Part shown: piece by piece, positions 26,474 to 40,600 of the stretch | How the letters are laid out: each line of letters begins with the position of its first letter | Numbering within the stretch: position 1 is the first letter of the stretch | Origin: Eledone cirrhosa | Lineage: Eukaryota | Direction of reading: 5' to 3' | DNA length: 64,000 nt | NCBI GenBank assembly: GCA_964016885.1 | Contig: OZ024743.1 | Span: 192,076,001 to 192,140,000, forward strand | The notes under the pieces: model-generated | The model's input: the letters and a program-made list of their open reading frames with translations, nothing else | Databases searched by the model: none | Told to the model about the DNA's origin: nothing | Made by a program: the position numbers and the translations under genes

Positions 26474-26528
26474 GGAACGATGTACTAGTTTCAAGCTTAT
26501 TAGCTATCGTCAGCACCGTATACCTTCC
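26474..26528 (-). ncRNA. Type I hammerhead ribozyme
   Basis: Reverse complement reads ggaa-ggtata-cggtg CTGACGA tagctaataagctt GAAA ctag TA^catcg-ttcc, with all core positions present. Confidence 0.88.
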
Positions 26529-27191
26529 TGCCAGTTGATTGAACGTCTGAAAGTATATACTTTCCTTAAGCATATTAACGGCTGAGCAGCCTAATTTGCA
26601 TATCGAGTGAGTTAATTGGCCGGGCGCACCGGAAATGATAAATGAAAAAATGAAACAAAATTTCATTTCTCACTCTTAGTACGGCTGTTACTTAAATATA
26701 AGTATGTATACGTACATACATATATGTATACAGATGTACAGTAGTATGTATATACATACATACATGCACACATATATATATATTTACGTATGGATTTAGC
26801 GAACATTTATTATAATGCTCGGTTTGTTTGTAAACAAAGGGCAACGATGGTTGCTAAACACTGTACGACTTAATCCGGGATGTTTGTTTACAAACAAACC
26901 GAGCATTATAATAAATGTTCGGTAAATACATACGTACATATATATATGTGTGCATGTATGTATATATACACATACTACAGTACGTCTGTATACATATATG
27001 TATGTACATATACATACTTATATTTAAGTAACAGTCGTACTAAGAGTGAGAAATGAAATTTCGTCTCATTTTTTCCATTTATCGTTTTCGGTGCGCCCGG
27101 CCGATTAACTCACTCGATATGCAAATTAGGCTGCTCAGCCGTTAATATGCATAAGGAAAGTATATACTTTCAGACGTTCAATCAACTGGCA

Positions 27192-27246
27192 GGAAGGTAT
27201 ACGGTGCTGACGATAGCTAATAAGCTTGAAACTAGTACATCGTTCA
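27192..27246 (+). ncRNA. Type I hammerhead ribozyme
   Basis: ggaaggtatacggtg CTGACGA tagctaataagctt GAAA ctag TA^catcgttca. One mismatch in distal stem I. Confidence 0.85.
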
Positions 27247-27420
27247 TTTGTCAGTATTGAACAAAAGGGCAACGATGGTTGCTAAACACTGTACGGCTTA
27301 ATACGGGATGTTTGTTTACAAACAAACCGAGGATTATAATAAATGTTCGGTAAATCCATACGTACATATATATACATACTACTGTATGCCTGTATACATA
27401 TATTTATGTACATATACATA

Positions 27421-27460
<40 letters not shown>

Positions 27461-27988
27461 CAAGGTCTAGCAAATAGAGAAAAAGTTTTAAAATAAATTT
27501 TAAAAAATTCGCTGTACTTACTATATGTGCCTTTACCGCGGTTTCAAGCTCCAGAATAAACAGAAAATCAAAGCGGACTTCCATTGAGAAGGGAGCTATC
27601 TTCAGAAGACTCTTCTCTCTCGGAGAATATAAAATTCCCGAGTTCAAATCACAAACTGACGCCATACAAAAAGCACATAACTATATATGTGCTTATACTA
27701 GTATGTTAATGTAAAATACGTTATGAACTGTATATTCTTAGAGTAACTGCATGCCATCTTACTGCTGTGAAAAACAATCAGACTTCACACTTCGATGGCT
27801 ACAATTTCCAATCGAAACAACCACACCTGTGATTTGCCTCATTAACTATATTACTGCTTATTTCAATAAAACTAGGCAAGAACTTTATATGACTTTTAAA
27901 AAGCAAAATGTAAACTTGTTTATACATTTTTAAAAAAAGGAAGGAAATATAAGTGAAATAGAAAAAAATAAAGAAAAATAATAGTTAC

Positions 27989-28126
27989 CTGGCCAGCTTT
28001 TAATCCAACAAGCAAACTTTCTTGGCCAACAGCACCACCAATCACCTTGATGTAACGCATTTGACTTTCTAAATCCCATTCACGCACTTTGATTCCTTGT
28101 AATGTAAAGCATTGCAAACGTTTATC
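27989..28126 (-). CDS. IFT122: IFT122 internal exon (46 codons)
   Basis: Minus strand reads ttcag|[46 protein letters not shown]|gtaac, 138 bp, phase 0/0. It resembles the remembered vertebrate IFT122 segment [46 protein letters not shown]. Confidence 0.95.
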
Positions 28127-28476
28127 CTGAATAAAACAATATTGGTTTAATTAATAATGACATTTGATTGTAGCATATTACAAGATATTAAAGATATAGA
28201 TATATAGAGAGAGAAAGAGAGAGAATATGGAGTTAACCGAACAGGAATGTGCAGACCACATTATGGTCGGTTGGTTGTGAAGCAAATAAAAAGAAGCCCT
28301 CAACGACCTGTATAAATTATGCAAGCCGGAGCATTATATATTATTAACAGATCCAAAGCCTTAATCAGTTGATTCAGGTTTATTTAAAACTCCATTATAC
28401 ATATTTTAAATAAACCTGAATCAGCTGATTATGACCTCCGATATTTTAATTATATATATATAACCCTAACCAAACT

Positions 28477-29347
28477 CTGGGAGGGCTCTGTAGAAACAGT
28501 AGACAGCTTCTGCTACCTAGGTGACCGAATTAGCAGCGGAGATAGGTGTTCGGAAAGTACAATAACTAGGGTAAGAACGGGATGGAAGAAGTTCAGGGAG
28601 CTACTGCCACTGCTAGCTGCAAAAGGCTTTTCCCTCAAAATGAAAGGCAGACTATATGATGCGTGTATCCGAACAGCAATGTTACATGGTAGTGAAACCT
28701 GGGCGCTGTCTGTAGAAGACTTGCATAGATTAGAAAGAAACGAAGCCTGCATGCTCCGATGGATGTGTAATAGTAATATACATGAACGGCAAAGCATAAA
28801 CAAATTGAGAGAGAGACTGAGCATAAAAGGAATCAAATGCTGTGTGCAGGAGAGGAGGTTTCATTGGTATGGACATGTGATGCGTATGAAGGGTGACAGC
28901 TGCATAAAAAGGTGCAGAGCAATAGAAGTCGATGGAAGCCGCGGAGTGGGGAGACCCAAGAAGACCTGGGATGAGGTGATAAAAGCCGACCTTACCCAAT
29001 TACACCTCTCAAAGGTGATGACACACGACCGTGACCTCTGGCATCACGCAGTAATACAGAAGACCCTACCCCCCCACAGGTACAAACCGAAGCTGAAGCA
29101 TATAGACACTATGCCCCCACCCCCTCCCACTGCAAAATGGTTGTGGAGGTGCCACGGAAAAAAAGCACCCAGCACTCACTGTAAATGAGGTTGGTGTTAG
29201 GAAGGGCATCCAGCTGTAGAAATCAAGCCAGAATCAGTTCCCGTATGAGCAAGACATGGTCAGCCGATCGGCTACTGCCAACAACAGGACAACCCATCTA
29301 ACCCATGCTAGCATGGAAGAACAGACATAAAATGGTGATGATGATGA

Positions 29348-29350
<3 letters not shown>
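28477..29350 (+). mobile_element. RTE family A 3' fragment
   Basis: ORF 28640-29188 MKGRLYDACIRTAMLHGSETW...GRPKKTW, followed by a 3' UTR ending in (TGA)n. Confidence 0.88.
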
Positions 29351-29395
<45 letters not shown>

Positions 29396-31129
29396 TCATC
29401 ATCGTTTAACGTCCATGTTCCACGCTTGCATGGGTTTGGACGGGCGTTTTCCCACTTGAGGCAAGAGTGGTTGTCTTGCTCGCATAGGACTGTCTGGCGG
29501 GTTTTCTACAGCTGGATGCCCTTCCTAACACCAACCACATTTACAGTGTGGATATATATACATACATACATATATTAAAATAAAGAAAACTAAATAAACA
29601 GAGAAAAAGATTAAAATATACAATTTATTACTTAATATTAGATTCCTTTTACTTAAGCACAAGGCCTCAAATTTAGAGGAGAGAATAAACATGTGTGTCT
29701 AATGGTCATGCATTTTAGCATGCTAGTAATAGTCAATCAGAGAAATAGAGGAAATGCTGATGATCTTTGCAGCTCCACCCCCTAAATGTGCCATCATTTA
29801 ACATCTAGTTTCCATGCCTGCATTGGGGGCTAGACAAGCTCTCATGTACCATGGCTAGATAGGTCAGGGGTCCACATCTTATTTGCGTGCTCCATTTGGG
29901 GTTTGATTTCTATGGCTCTCCCTAATATCAACCACTTTACAGTGTATACTAGGAGCATTTTTCTACCACAGTACATAAATTAGAAATATCTGAAGTAGAA
30001 GAGCAACAAACAGAAATCAAAGCATTTTATGCTTTTGATATACTTGAGGTTTATCTGTAGCATTCTACATTGATGAGCTATACACTGATGAAATATAATT
30101 CAACTTGTTCCTTTCAATGTATTGTCATAGCTTCCATGAAGTAACCATAATTGGCTGTTTTCTGAAACCTAATATAAAGTGGTAGCTAATCAAAATCTTT
30201 ATAGCAAACCCTTCTCATATCTAGCACCCATATATACATATTCAATTTGTTCTGGGATCATATTTTACACCCTGCCAAATGGTGATTGATTACCATATAG
30301 CAGTCGGAGCCAGTTGTATTTGTTTTACATTGTAGTTAGTTTGCGACCAAAATCTTTTGTGATGGGAGCGATGAAGTTGGAGAAATTGAATTCAGTTAGC
30401 ATATGACAGTCTCAATTTTTCAGAATATATTTCACAAAGCTGGTTAGCAACACATTGCATTCTCTGAGAGATTGAAGTTATTTTGATATGCATGTCCACC
30501 CCATGTTTATTTGCTTAAATGGGAACAATAATTATTTTAGTATAGTGCAGTAGCATTGTTCTGCAGCATCATTAATGTATTTAGATGTCTGAACGTGTAT
30601 TTGCAGATTCTATGTTGATATGATCCGACTGTAGCTATGAACAATACTCTTCGCATGAATAAGAGGCTTTTCCGTTTCAGTATTTTTAATCCATTCAGTT
30701 TTAAGCAGATTCTTCGACATGCAAGAACTATATTGCTGAAAAGTAGTTCCTTTAGAATTATTCTTTTCACTTAATTGTGAATTCTGAAAAGGTAAATATA
30801 TGCTACGACTCTTTCATTTATAACTGGAACAAATACGCTGTTGCTGCACCAAATATAAATGTAGTTTCTGAAAAGAAAAACCTACTTACAAAATATCAGT
30901 ATCAACACTACCGATTTTTCTGGAATTTCAGACAGAACTAATAGAGTAAAAACAAGAAGAATAAGGAGAAGAAAAATTTCCTCCTTTAATTATAAGTCTG
31001 AATTTTTTAATATCATTCTTAAATTAGATTCCATAAATAAATAAATTTAAAAATATTGTAATCATTTGAAGAATAAAAACATGATGTTACTGGAAATATT
31101 GTGTAATTGAAAAAATAAAAAATGAATTA

Positions 31130-31745
<616 letters not shown>

Positions 31746-33151
31746 AAAACCCAAAGGAACAGGCTCTTGTTAACATTAACTGTTTCTATTTGTAACCTTA
31801 AGCAAGTTATTTTGAGCAAAGAAGTTCAAACAATGTGAAATAGAAATACAAAATTATCCTGCCACTATGTTTTGAAAATTTATAATTTGCACAACTGATA
31901 ATTGAGCATAACTTTCCAAAAGGAACTGTAAATAACTCTTCTCTCAGTTCTTCTAATACACATTTCCGGCAGAGTCTTTAAAATATTTTCTAAATTCATA
32001 CAAGTTCTTGCAAAATAGAAATAGCCTTATGGTAATTATATATGTAACTGGTATCAAAGAAAATCAACTGTGACTGCTGATCAACATGAAACCATCAATC
32101 ATGACCAATACACCATAATTTTTAAGCCGCTTTCAGTAGATTTTTCTGTGTTAGCTTAATGAACTGACAGTGTCTTTTCTTTTTATCTTCCATTTGTTCT
32201 CTCTCTCTCAATCTCTATTTATTTCTTTGTTCTCCTACTAGACACACACACACTTGCGTGTGTGTGTGTGTGTGTGTGTGTGTTTGTGTTTGTGTGTGTG
32301 TTTGTGTGTCTTAGGCTTTGTTTGCTGAGAAGAAATGGGGAAACGAGAAAAAATAATTTTTTTTCATTTTCCTGAATAACTGGTTTTCTAGTTTACAACA
32401 ATATAACATCATTTACTTAATATATGTCTGAGTGTGATATGAAAATACATATGGTGTTCAGTATTTCACTAAATAATGAGAAAATTCTAGCAAATTAGTA
32501 GTTTACATATCATTTTTGTATATAAAGTATAACCAGTGCTACCATCCCCATCATGCATGCCATTATCAACAAACTCACTTCAACTACTACTACTATTACT
32601 GCTGCTGCTACGACTACCACCTCCACAACAGGAGAGAGAGGAAGGAAAGATATCACAAGACAGAATGATATAAAAAGAGGAATGAAAAAGATGGTAATGA
32701 ACAGGAAGGCAAATATGGGAACGAGATAGTTCAATAAGAATTCTTAAGAAATTATCATAGAAGAAAAAATATATTAACACAAATATTTTCACCCCAGAAA
32801 GTACATATATTTTACACTGGTGATGAACAACCTTTTCCAGAAGGTCATTTACAAAATTCATGAGTAAAACCTCACGAACCATCAAATTTAAATTTACTTT
32901 TAATTGCATTATACAACACTATTGTACATAAATATTTAAAAATAAAAAAAATCAATCATGCATTGTATAATAATATAGAGGCAACAAATTGGCTGGGTCA
33001 TTAGAACGTCAAATAGAATGATTTGCAGTGTTCATTCCAGTTCTCTGCATTCTGAGTTCCAAATATGCTCAGGTCAACTTTGCCTTTTATCCTTTTGAGG
33101 TCATTAAAAAACAGTACCAGCTCTATACCCCTTTTGCCACTTCCTCTCTTA

Positions 33152-33184
<33 letters not shown>

Positions 33185-33188
<4 letters not shown>

Positions 33189-33570
33189 CTTTAAGTCGTT
33201 TGGAAGCCTCGACAATGCAAATGGGTAAATCTCCGGGTAACAAGGTCCGGTGGTGGAGAGAGAGATGTAAGTGGGTGTACGTTGAGATGCGTGGTGTGTA
33301 TAAGATGTGTGAGATGTGTAGAATGGAGGGAAGAGTATAAAGGATAGAATAAAAATAACATATTAAATCTCTCCCAAGGTAACTCTCTCTTGTGTTGTTA
33401 TTTTTATTCTATCCTTTATACTCTTCCCTTCATTCAACACATCTCACACATCTTATACACACCACGCATCTCAACGTACACCCACTTACATCTCTCTCTC
33501 CACCACCGGACCTTGTTACCCGGAGATTTACCCATTTGATTGTCGAGGCTTCCAAACGACTTAAAGATAT
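33185..33570. repeat. Palindrome (arms about 175 bp, 35-bp spacer) between (TA)n tracts
   Basis: 33185-33360 is the reverse complement of 33396-33570. Confidence 0.92.
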
Positions 33571-33613
33571 TTACTTATTGTTCCACAATGCTTCAAGCAA
33601 ACTTCAATACTCT

Positions 33614-33656
<43 letters not shown>

Positions 33657-33829
33657 TTGTCTGGAAGAAATCAGTCATGTTCAGACCTGGAGAGGGGATG
33701 GGTTTAGCCAGGTTTATCAAATGCCTATCATGTTGTATGTCACAACACACCTACAACTCCATCAGGAGTTACAAGCCCCTATGTATGTATAATATCTAAA
33801 AGTCTAAAGTCTGTTTGAGCCTGGAGGCT

Positions 33830-34083
33830 CATCAGACCGGTGCTTATTATCCTCGTTTCCATGACATTAAGCGACTGACAGTACAAGACTCCCCCTTGGA
33901 CGTGACACCAGTCGCATCACAGGGTTAAAGCCCCAGCTATTGCTGGCACTCATTTTCAGCTAAGTATACTGGAGCAATGTGAAATGAAGTATTTTGCTCA
34001 AGAACACAACACACAACCCATTCCAGGAATCAAACCCACAGCATTATAATAGTAAGTCCAACACCCTTACCACTTGGCCATGT
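33830..34083 (-). mobile_element. tRNA-derived SINE (related head and central domain, different tail)
   Basis: Reverse complement has tggccaagtgg (A box), gtttgattcc (B box) and ttgagcaaaatacttcatttcacattgctccag. A related tail lies at about 21945-22055. Confidence 0.65.
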
Positions 34084-36298
34084 ACCTCTACTGTGTATAA
34101 TATGATACATGTAAATTTACTTTTAATTGATTTAGATTGTAAAAGTTTTTTGATTTTCAAAGTCTTATGGAACTTGTCATGAACCATCAAAATCTTGATA
34201 TGATCCACTGGTGGGCTACCTGGATAATGCTGTGCACATTTCATCTTCATTACAAAGCCCAAATATTTCCCACTACAGAGTACTGCACTGGCATCAGGAA
34301 TGACATATCCTTGAATGACTGCTGTTCTACAATTGATGACAGCCAAGAGAAAACTAATTTTGATTAGAATCTTAACCCATGTTGATCACTCACTTTCTCT
34401 CTCTCTCTCTCCTACTGCTTTGCTGAAGTTACAGAAATTGATTTTAAACTGAACACTCAAGCCTTGATGATTTTCCCAAACAATAAGATTTTTTCTTCCA
34501 TATGTTATTTCAAGCAATATATACAATTGTTCATTTCAAAGAACCTTACACCATAGTAATTTCTCCCATGCATTCCCAAATGTTACTGATCTGTTCTCAT
34601 TGCTAGCCTCCGACTGACTTAACTTGGTGATAGCAAGCTGCCCCTTTGGTCTATAATATATATATATATATTTTCTAAAAGCTTTCCACCATAATTTTAT
34701 GTAAAAGTCTTAGTCAAGTTATATTTCAAACACCATTGTAATAATGAGAAAGTTAGTTATATTACTAAATCCCCCAAATTCCTGATTATTTGAAGAGCAA
34801 AAACAGTGCCTTTCATTAGAATAATGGTAACAAACGGGTTAAAGCTTAATTTACTCATCACAAATGATCATTGATTCACTAAAAGAGCAAAACCAAAAAA
34901 GAAATACATTACAAAAGAACTTCAGATATTACTCTATACATACCATACAGCTGTACTAAACTGTATATCAGATCAAATCAACAAGGGGCACTGTGGCCAC
35001 TTGATCTGTTAAACATAGCAGCAGCAAATCTTCCTCAAATTCCACCCCTACCACCTTACAAAGAAAATGCACTGCATAATGTGGTTCTAATTCCTCTGTC
35101 ATAATAAAAGGCAGGATGTTCATGGCTGGGACATGTTTGCTCAACCAAGGATGATTCAGGTCTAAACAACAAAAACTGTATACCAAGCCCACCTCTTATC
35201 GTTTGTGTGTATATTACACATGTCAGAATTAAGAAACACAGCCAGTAGCAAAATATACAGAACTATAAATATCCCTGAAGAAGTTGAAGTAGGATATTAA
35301 TATTTCGGAGAAATATATTGAAATTTTTGTCCTTACAGTTGGGTCATAAATAGTTTCCTAGTTTCCTTAGAGCACAAAAACTTTTCTCATTATTTGTGGT
35401 GTACTCAGTAAGGCAGACTTTTGGATCAATGCTAGTTTTGTTGTTACTCCTATGTCTTTGAATAATATTTCTACTCTATTGGTAACAGCCCCTAATGCAC
35501 CAATAACAAAAGTGTATATGGTTAAATTTTGTGAAAAAAGTAAAGGATATCTATCCTATTATTTTTAAGTGATTGATTTTACACATTTCCTGTTTTTTCA
35601 TCTTTCTTCATTTATCATCTTTTATGTAGGTTTCTAATTCATGTTTATTTTAGTGATTTTAAATCTACTCAAACCACTTCTGCCCAAGTCTTCCTTGGTC
35701 TTCTAGTGAAGCTTCCTTCAACTGGAAACTCCTGGCATCCAGTTCACCTCCCAACATAACCTAGTAGTTAACAACTTTAAAGTTAAAAAGTTAGAGCTAG
35801 ATGAACTTGGAAACAGAAGGCAATTTAGATTAGGAAACAAAAATACGCATATATCTGTGTGTGTCTAGATCTAAAATTAGCTGTTCTTTACGTTGTATCC
35901 CTTTATGTTCCATAACTTAACAGCTCAATAAATAGGGATCATTAAAGAAAAAAAAGTACCACACTGGAATCAGTAATGGAATCAGTATGATTGACCTTAA
36001 CTTCTGATGACAGTACCCCAGCATAGCAGCAGTCCAATGCCTCAAACCATTAAAAGAAAAGAATATATATATATATATATATATTTGACCCGAATTACTT
36101 AGTCGTTTCTATGGCTGTGCGGATAATGGTTTAACCATCGTCTCAGTGTGTTTGGCCTTTTAACGTATGTTGTAGCTCTGGCTCGTTAGAATCTATTGAG
36201 CGCTTGCCACACATCTTGGAAGTTGTTTTTCGCTAATTTCCAATAGCCGAAATACGATTCTCGCTAATTTATATTTGTATATATATAGATAGATAGAT

Positions 36299-37652
36299 AT
36301 GTTTCTTTATTAGCCACAGGGGCACAAAAGAAGGGGACAAATACAAAGGGGGAAGTTTACATACAATAAAAACGTGTAAAATAATATCACAAATGCAATT
36401 TAAAATTAGTCGATTTTCCCCAATAGGGGGAGACAGTTCATATGGGTAACACATACCCCCGAAAAAATGTGCAACCCTCATCTCCAGGAGTACGAAGAGT
36501 TTGTACTCCTTTCCTCTCCTCCTCCTTTTCCTCAACCTACAGGCTGATATAGAGAGAAGGCCCATTCTCTCGGGCCATTCTCGCCACTTTCACCCACCTT
36601 TCATAAAACTTGCTGGGATACAGCACCTCTCTCTCCATCTTGATTCTTCTTCCAAAGTGGTATTTGAAAAAAAGAATCAGTTGTTGGCCGCAGAGAAAGG
36701 TGTCTGACCTCAGCCCTTTCAACCTTGTCCCCCATACAACCTCTTTCGCCATAGCTATCACACAAAGGAAAACCGCCTCTCCTTCGTTTTTGAAGGAGGG
36801 TGGCGGTTTGATCATGACAATGGACTCGGTGGTCAACTGGATTGGTCCCACCCGTGACAATAGTCATTCTGCATAGCCCCACAGGTCAGTGACGCCCGGG
36901 CAGTGTATGAATGCGTGTGCGATGGTTTCTTCGTCTCGCATGCACCTCAGACAGATCTTTTTTGCAGGGTCAATGCCCGGGCGCCCATGTCTGTAGAGCT
37001 TGTCTCGAACTGGTAGAGCTCCTCGGTAGCACTGCCAGGCCAGGGACTTTTGGAAGTTGTCCATCGGGCCCGGGCGGAAGGTCCTACCGAACAGACTGGC
37101 CAGTTCATCTTCCTCTACACCTAGAGTTTCACCGAGCGCGTCGTCGCACTTGCTGCGGATCAACCCTCTATAGAATGACGAAGTGCAGTCTCCACTGATC
37201 ACCAGGTCCGCCTGCCAGAAGACTGTGAGCGCCTGAGCACATTCGATGTGCCAGTCGCCCATTTTCCTCGGTCTTTGCTTGACCCAGGACTGCAGCTCGG
37301 TCAGCGAGACGTCGTGGGAAGGCTCGCCTCACGAACGGGGCCCACACCGGTTGTCTGGTGAGGAATACGTAGAGATGCCGCAGCCTGAGCGCGTGTTTGC
37401 GCATCGTCAGCCACGGCATCCCCAGCCCTCCATTGGAGGGTGTTGGCAGCAGATGGATCTTCTCACCAAAGGAGCCCGCCTCTTCCAAAGGAATTGGAAG
37501 AGCGTGCGCTCCATTTTGGCAGGCGTTTTGGCTGGACAAGGCACGACGGTCAAGCAGTAGTAGATGGCGGACGCTATAAAAGGGTTCGCCACCTCCGCTC
37601 AACCTTTCAAGGATAGTTTGCACTCGGCCCACTTCTGGGTGAGTGCAAACAC
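36299..37652 (-). mobile_element. 5'-truncated second copy of the Tx1/L1-clade element, in tandem
   Basis: Homologous to 37676-39000. Carries CLRCMRDEETIAHAFIHC and the same 3' end (aataaagaaacat-atctatct). Confidence 0.9.
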
Positions 37653-37675
37653 GATAGATAGATAGATAGATAGAT

Positions 37676-40600
37676 ATGTTTCTTTATTAACCACAGGGGC
37701 ACAAAAGAAGGGGACAAATACAAAGGGGGAAGTTTACATACAATAAAAATGTGTAAAATATTATCACAAATGTAATTTAAAAGTTAATCGATTTTCCCCA
37801 ATAGGGGAGACATTTCATATGGGTAACACATACCCGCTGAAAAAAATGTGCAACCCTCATCTCTAAGAGTACGAAGAGTTTGTACCCCTTTCCCCTCTTC
37901 CTCAACCTACAGACTGATATAGAAAGAAGGCCCATTCACTCAGGGCATTCTCGCCACTTTCACCCACCTTTCATAAAACTTGCTGGGGTACAGCACCTCT
38001 CTCTCCATCTTGATTCTTCCAAAGTGGTATTTGAAAAAAAGAATCAGTTGTTGGCCGGAGAGAAAGGTGTCTGACCTCAGCCCTTTTAACCTCGTCCACC
38101 ATACAACCTCTTTCGCCATAGCTATCACACAGAGGAAAACCGCCTCTCCTTCGTTTTTGAAGGAGGGTGACGGTTTTGATTATGACAATGGACTCGGTGG
38201 TCAACTGGATTGGTCCCACCCGCGACAATAGTCGTTCTACATAGCCCCACAGGCCGGTAACGCCCGGGCAGTGTACAAATGCATGCACGACGGTTTCCTT
38301 CGCGCACGCATCTCGGATAGATCTTTTTCGAAGGGTCCCTGCCCGGGCACCCGTGTCTGTAAAGCTTGTCTCAAACTCATAGAGTCCTCGGTAGCACTGC
38401 CAGGCCAGGGACTTTTGGAAGTTATCTATCAGTCCCGGGCGGAAGGTTCTACCGAACAGACTGGCCAGAGTTTCTCTGAGCACGTTGTCGCACTTGCTGC
38501 AGACCAACCCTCTATAGAATGACGAAGTGCAGTCTCCACTGATCGCCGGATCCGCCTGCCAGAGGGCTGTGAGCGCCTGTGCACATTCAATGTGCCAGTC
38601 GCCCATTTTCCTCAGTCTTTGCTTGACCCAGAACTGCAGCTCGGTCAGCGAAATGAGTCGTAGGAAGGCTCGCCTCACAAACAGGGTCCACACCGGTTGT
38701 CCGGTGAGGAATACGTGGAGGTGCCGCAGCCTGAGCGCGTGTTTGCGCATCATCAGCTATGGCATCCCCAGCCCTCCGTTGGAAGGGTGTTGGCAGCAGA
38801 TGGATCTTCTCACCAAAGGAACCCGCTTCTTCCAAAGGAATTGGAAGAGCGCGCGCTCCATTTTGGTGAGCGTTTTGGCTGGACAAGGCACGACGGTCAA
38901 GCGGTAGTAGATGACGGACGCTATAAAAGTGTTTGCCACCTCCGCTCGACCTTTCAAGGATAGTTTGTACTCGGCCCACTTCTGGGTGAGTGCAAACACC
39001 TTGGCCGTCACCTCGTTCCAGTTCTTCTCCACCTGGAGGTCCGGATCAAACCAGACCCCGAGCAGCTTTACCGGTCCTTCCGTCCAGCATCCTATGATGC
39101 CATCGGAAGGCATCAGTTTGCCTCTCCACCATCCGAGTTGCAAACCGATGGACTTGTCCCGGTTCAGCTTCGCTCCTGTGAACCTTTCGTATTCCTTCAG
39201 TAAGGTGCCAACTTCCTCGATTTGCGAGGTGCTCGACACAATTACTGTCACGTCATCGGCGTAAACCGACGCCGCTTTCACAGTCCCGGTTCAAGAGGGA
39301 TGCACTGCAATAGCTCCAGCTTCCGCAGTAGTGGCTCGAGAGTCAGTACGTACAGAAGGGAGGAAAGAGGGCATCCCTGTCGAATGGATCGTGTGATATG
39401 GAACGGCTCTGAGAGGTAGCCGTTCACCTTGACCCTTGAGCAGATGTGCTGTTGTGCATTGCAGCAATCCAGCCCCTGAACACGGGTCCGAAGCCTGCCG
39501 CCTCGAACACCGCATCCAGGTAACGATTGTCAACCCTATCGAAAGCCTTACACTGATCCAAGTTGATCAGGGCTCCACCGAAGCCGGGCTTACACCCTAC
39601 CCTCTCTATGATGTATCGCATGAGGTGGAGGTTGCCGTGTATGGATCTGGTCGGGATTGCGCATGTCTGCGCTTCTCCCATCAGGTTTTCGACGACAAGC
39701 ACCAGCCTCTTTGCCAACACCTTGGCCAAAATCTGTAACTCTGTGTTCAGCAGAGTTATGGGCCGGAAGTTGCCTATGTCATCCGCCTTATTCTCGTCCT
39801 TCCTGACTAGTGTGACTACGCCCCTGGTCACAGAACTGGAAATTCTCCCGTTCTGCTGCCAGTTGCAGTAGACCGCTTCCAGGAGACCGGAGAACAAGTC
39901 CGGCATTGCTACGTAAAATTTGTAGGGTTGACAATCGAGACCTGGAGATTGCATTTGTCGCATTGGCTCAGCGCATCCCCTATCTCATCGGCTGAAATCG
40001 GCTTTTCGCAGAACTTCACCTCACTGTCCGAGAGTCGCGGTAGGCCGTCGAGGTATGGACCTAAATCCATAGCCCCTCCCGGCGTGCCGCCCTGCCCGAA
40101 CAGCTGAGTAAAGTGCAGCTGAAAGGCCGCGCACATCTGCTTCGGCTCACGTATGACGCGTCCGTCTTGGTTCTTCAAAGACCGAATCGTGGACTTGTTG
40201 CCACTTTTCGCATCCGTCACACGGGCCGAGCTAACAGCTTTGGCTCCCTCGTTACCCAGAGCACGTATTTTGCTTCTGACAATGCAGCCCTCATGCTTTG
40301 CGTCGAAGAACTGGTCCAAAACCGTTCTCGTTGCTGCCACTTCTAATTGCCTCTTCTACTTTATCTACCAGTTCCTTCTCGGTCCTATTTCTATCTAACT
40401 AATTCTTTACTAAAAACTAATGAGAGTACCACCTTGAGAGAGTACCACTATCTGTTGTTGACAATGGCCCCTGTCAAGTGCTGTTTAACTAAAGTGCTAA
40501 TCCGTCTACTGTAGGCTTTGCATGTCGGTAACGACAAGTTCAGCTTCCAGTAGCCGGGTCCTTGTCTATGGGTTCTATCAAGGTTGACCACGCAAGTCAC

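Larger units (their letters stand above)
26176..27425. repeat. Second, diverged head-to-head array of the same ~425-bp HHR monomer (about 1.5 + 1.4 units)
   Basis: atcgagtgagttaat..gggcgcaccg recurs at about 26177 and 26602. Orientation flips at about 26836, and the right end runs into (TA)n. Clearly homologous to the 52-57 kb unit but with many substitutions. Confidence 0.9.

Noticed and set aside
30240-30870. Complex non-repetitive stretch with acceptor-like ttttcag sites on the minus strand
   Set aside because: All frames I read contain stops and show no similarity to IFT122 or a family I recognise.
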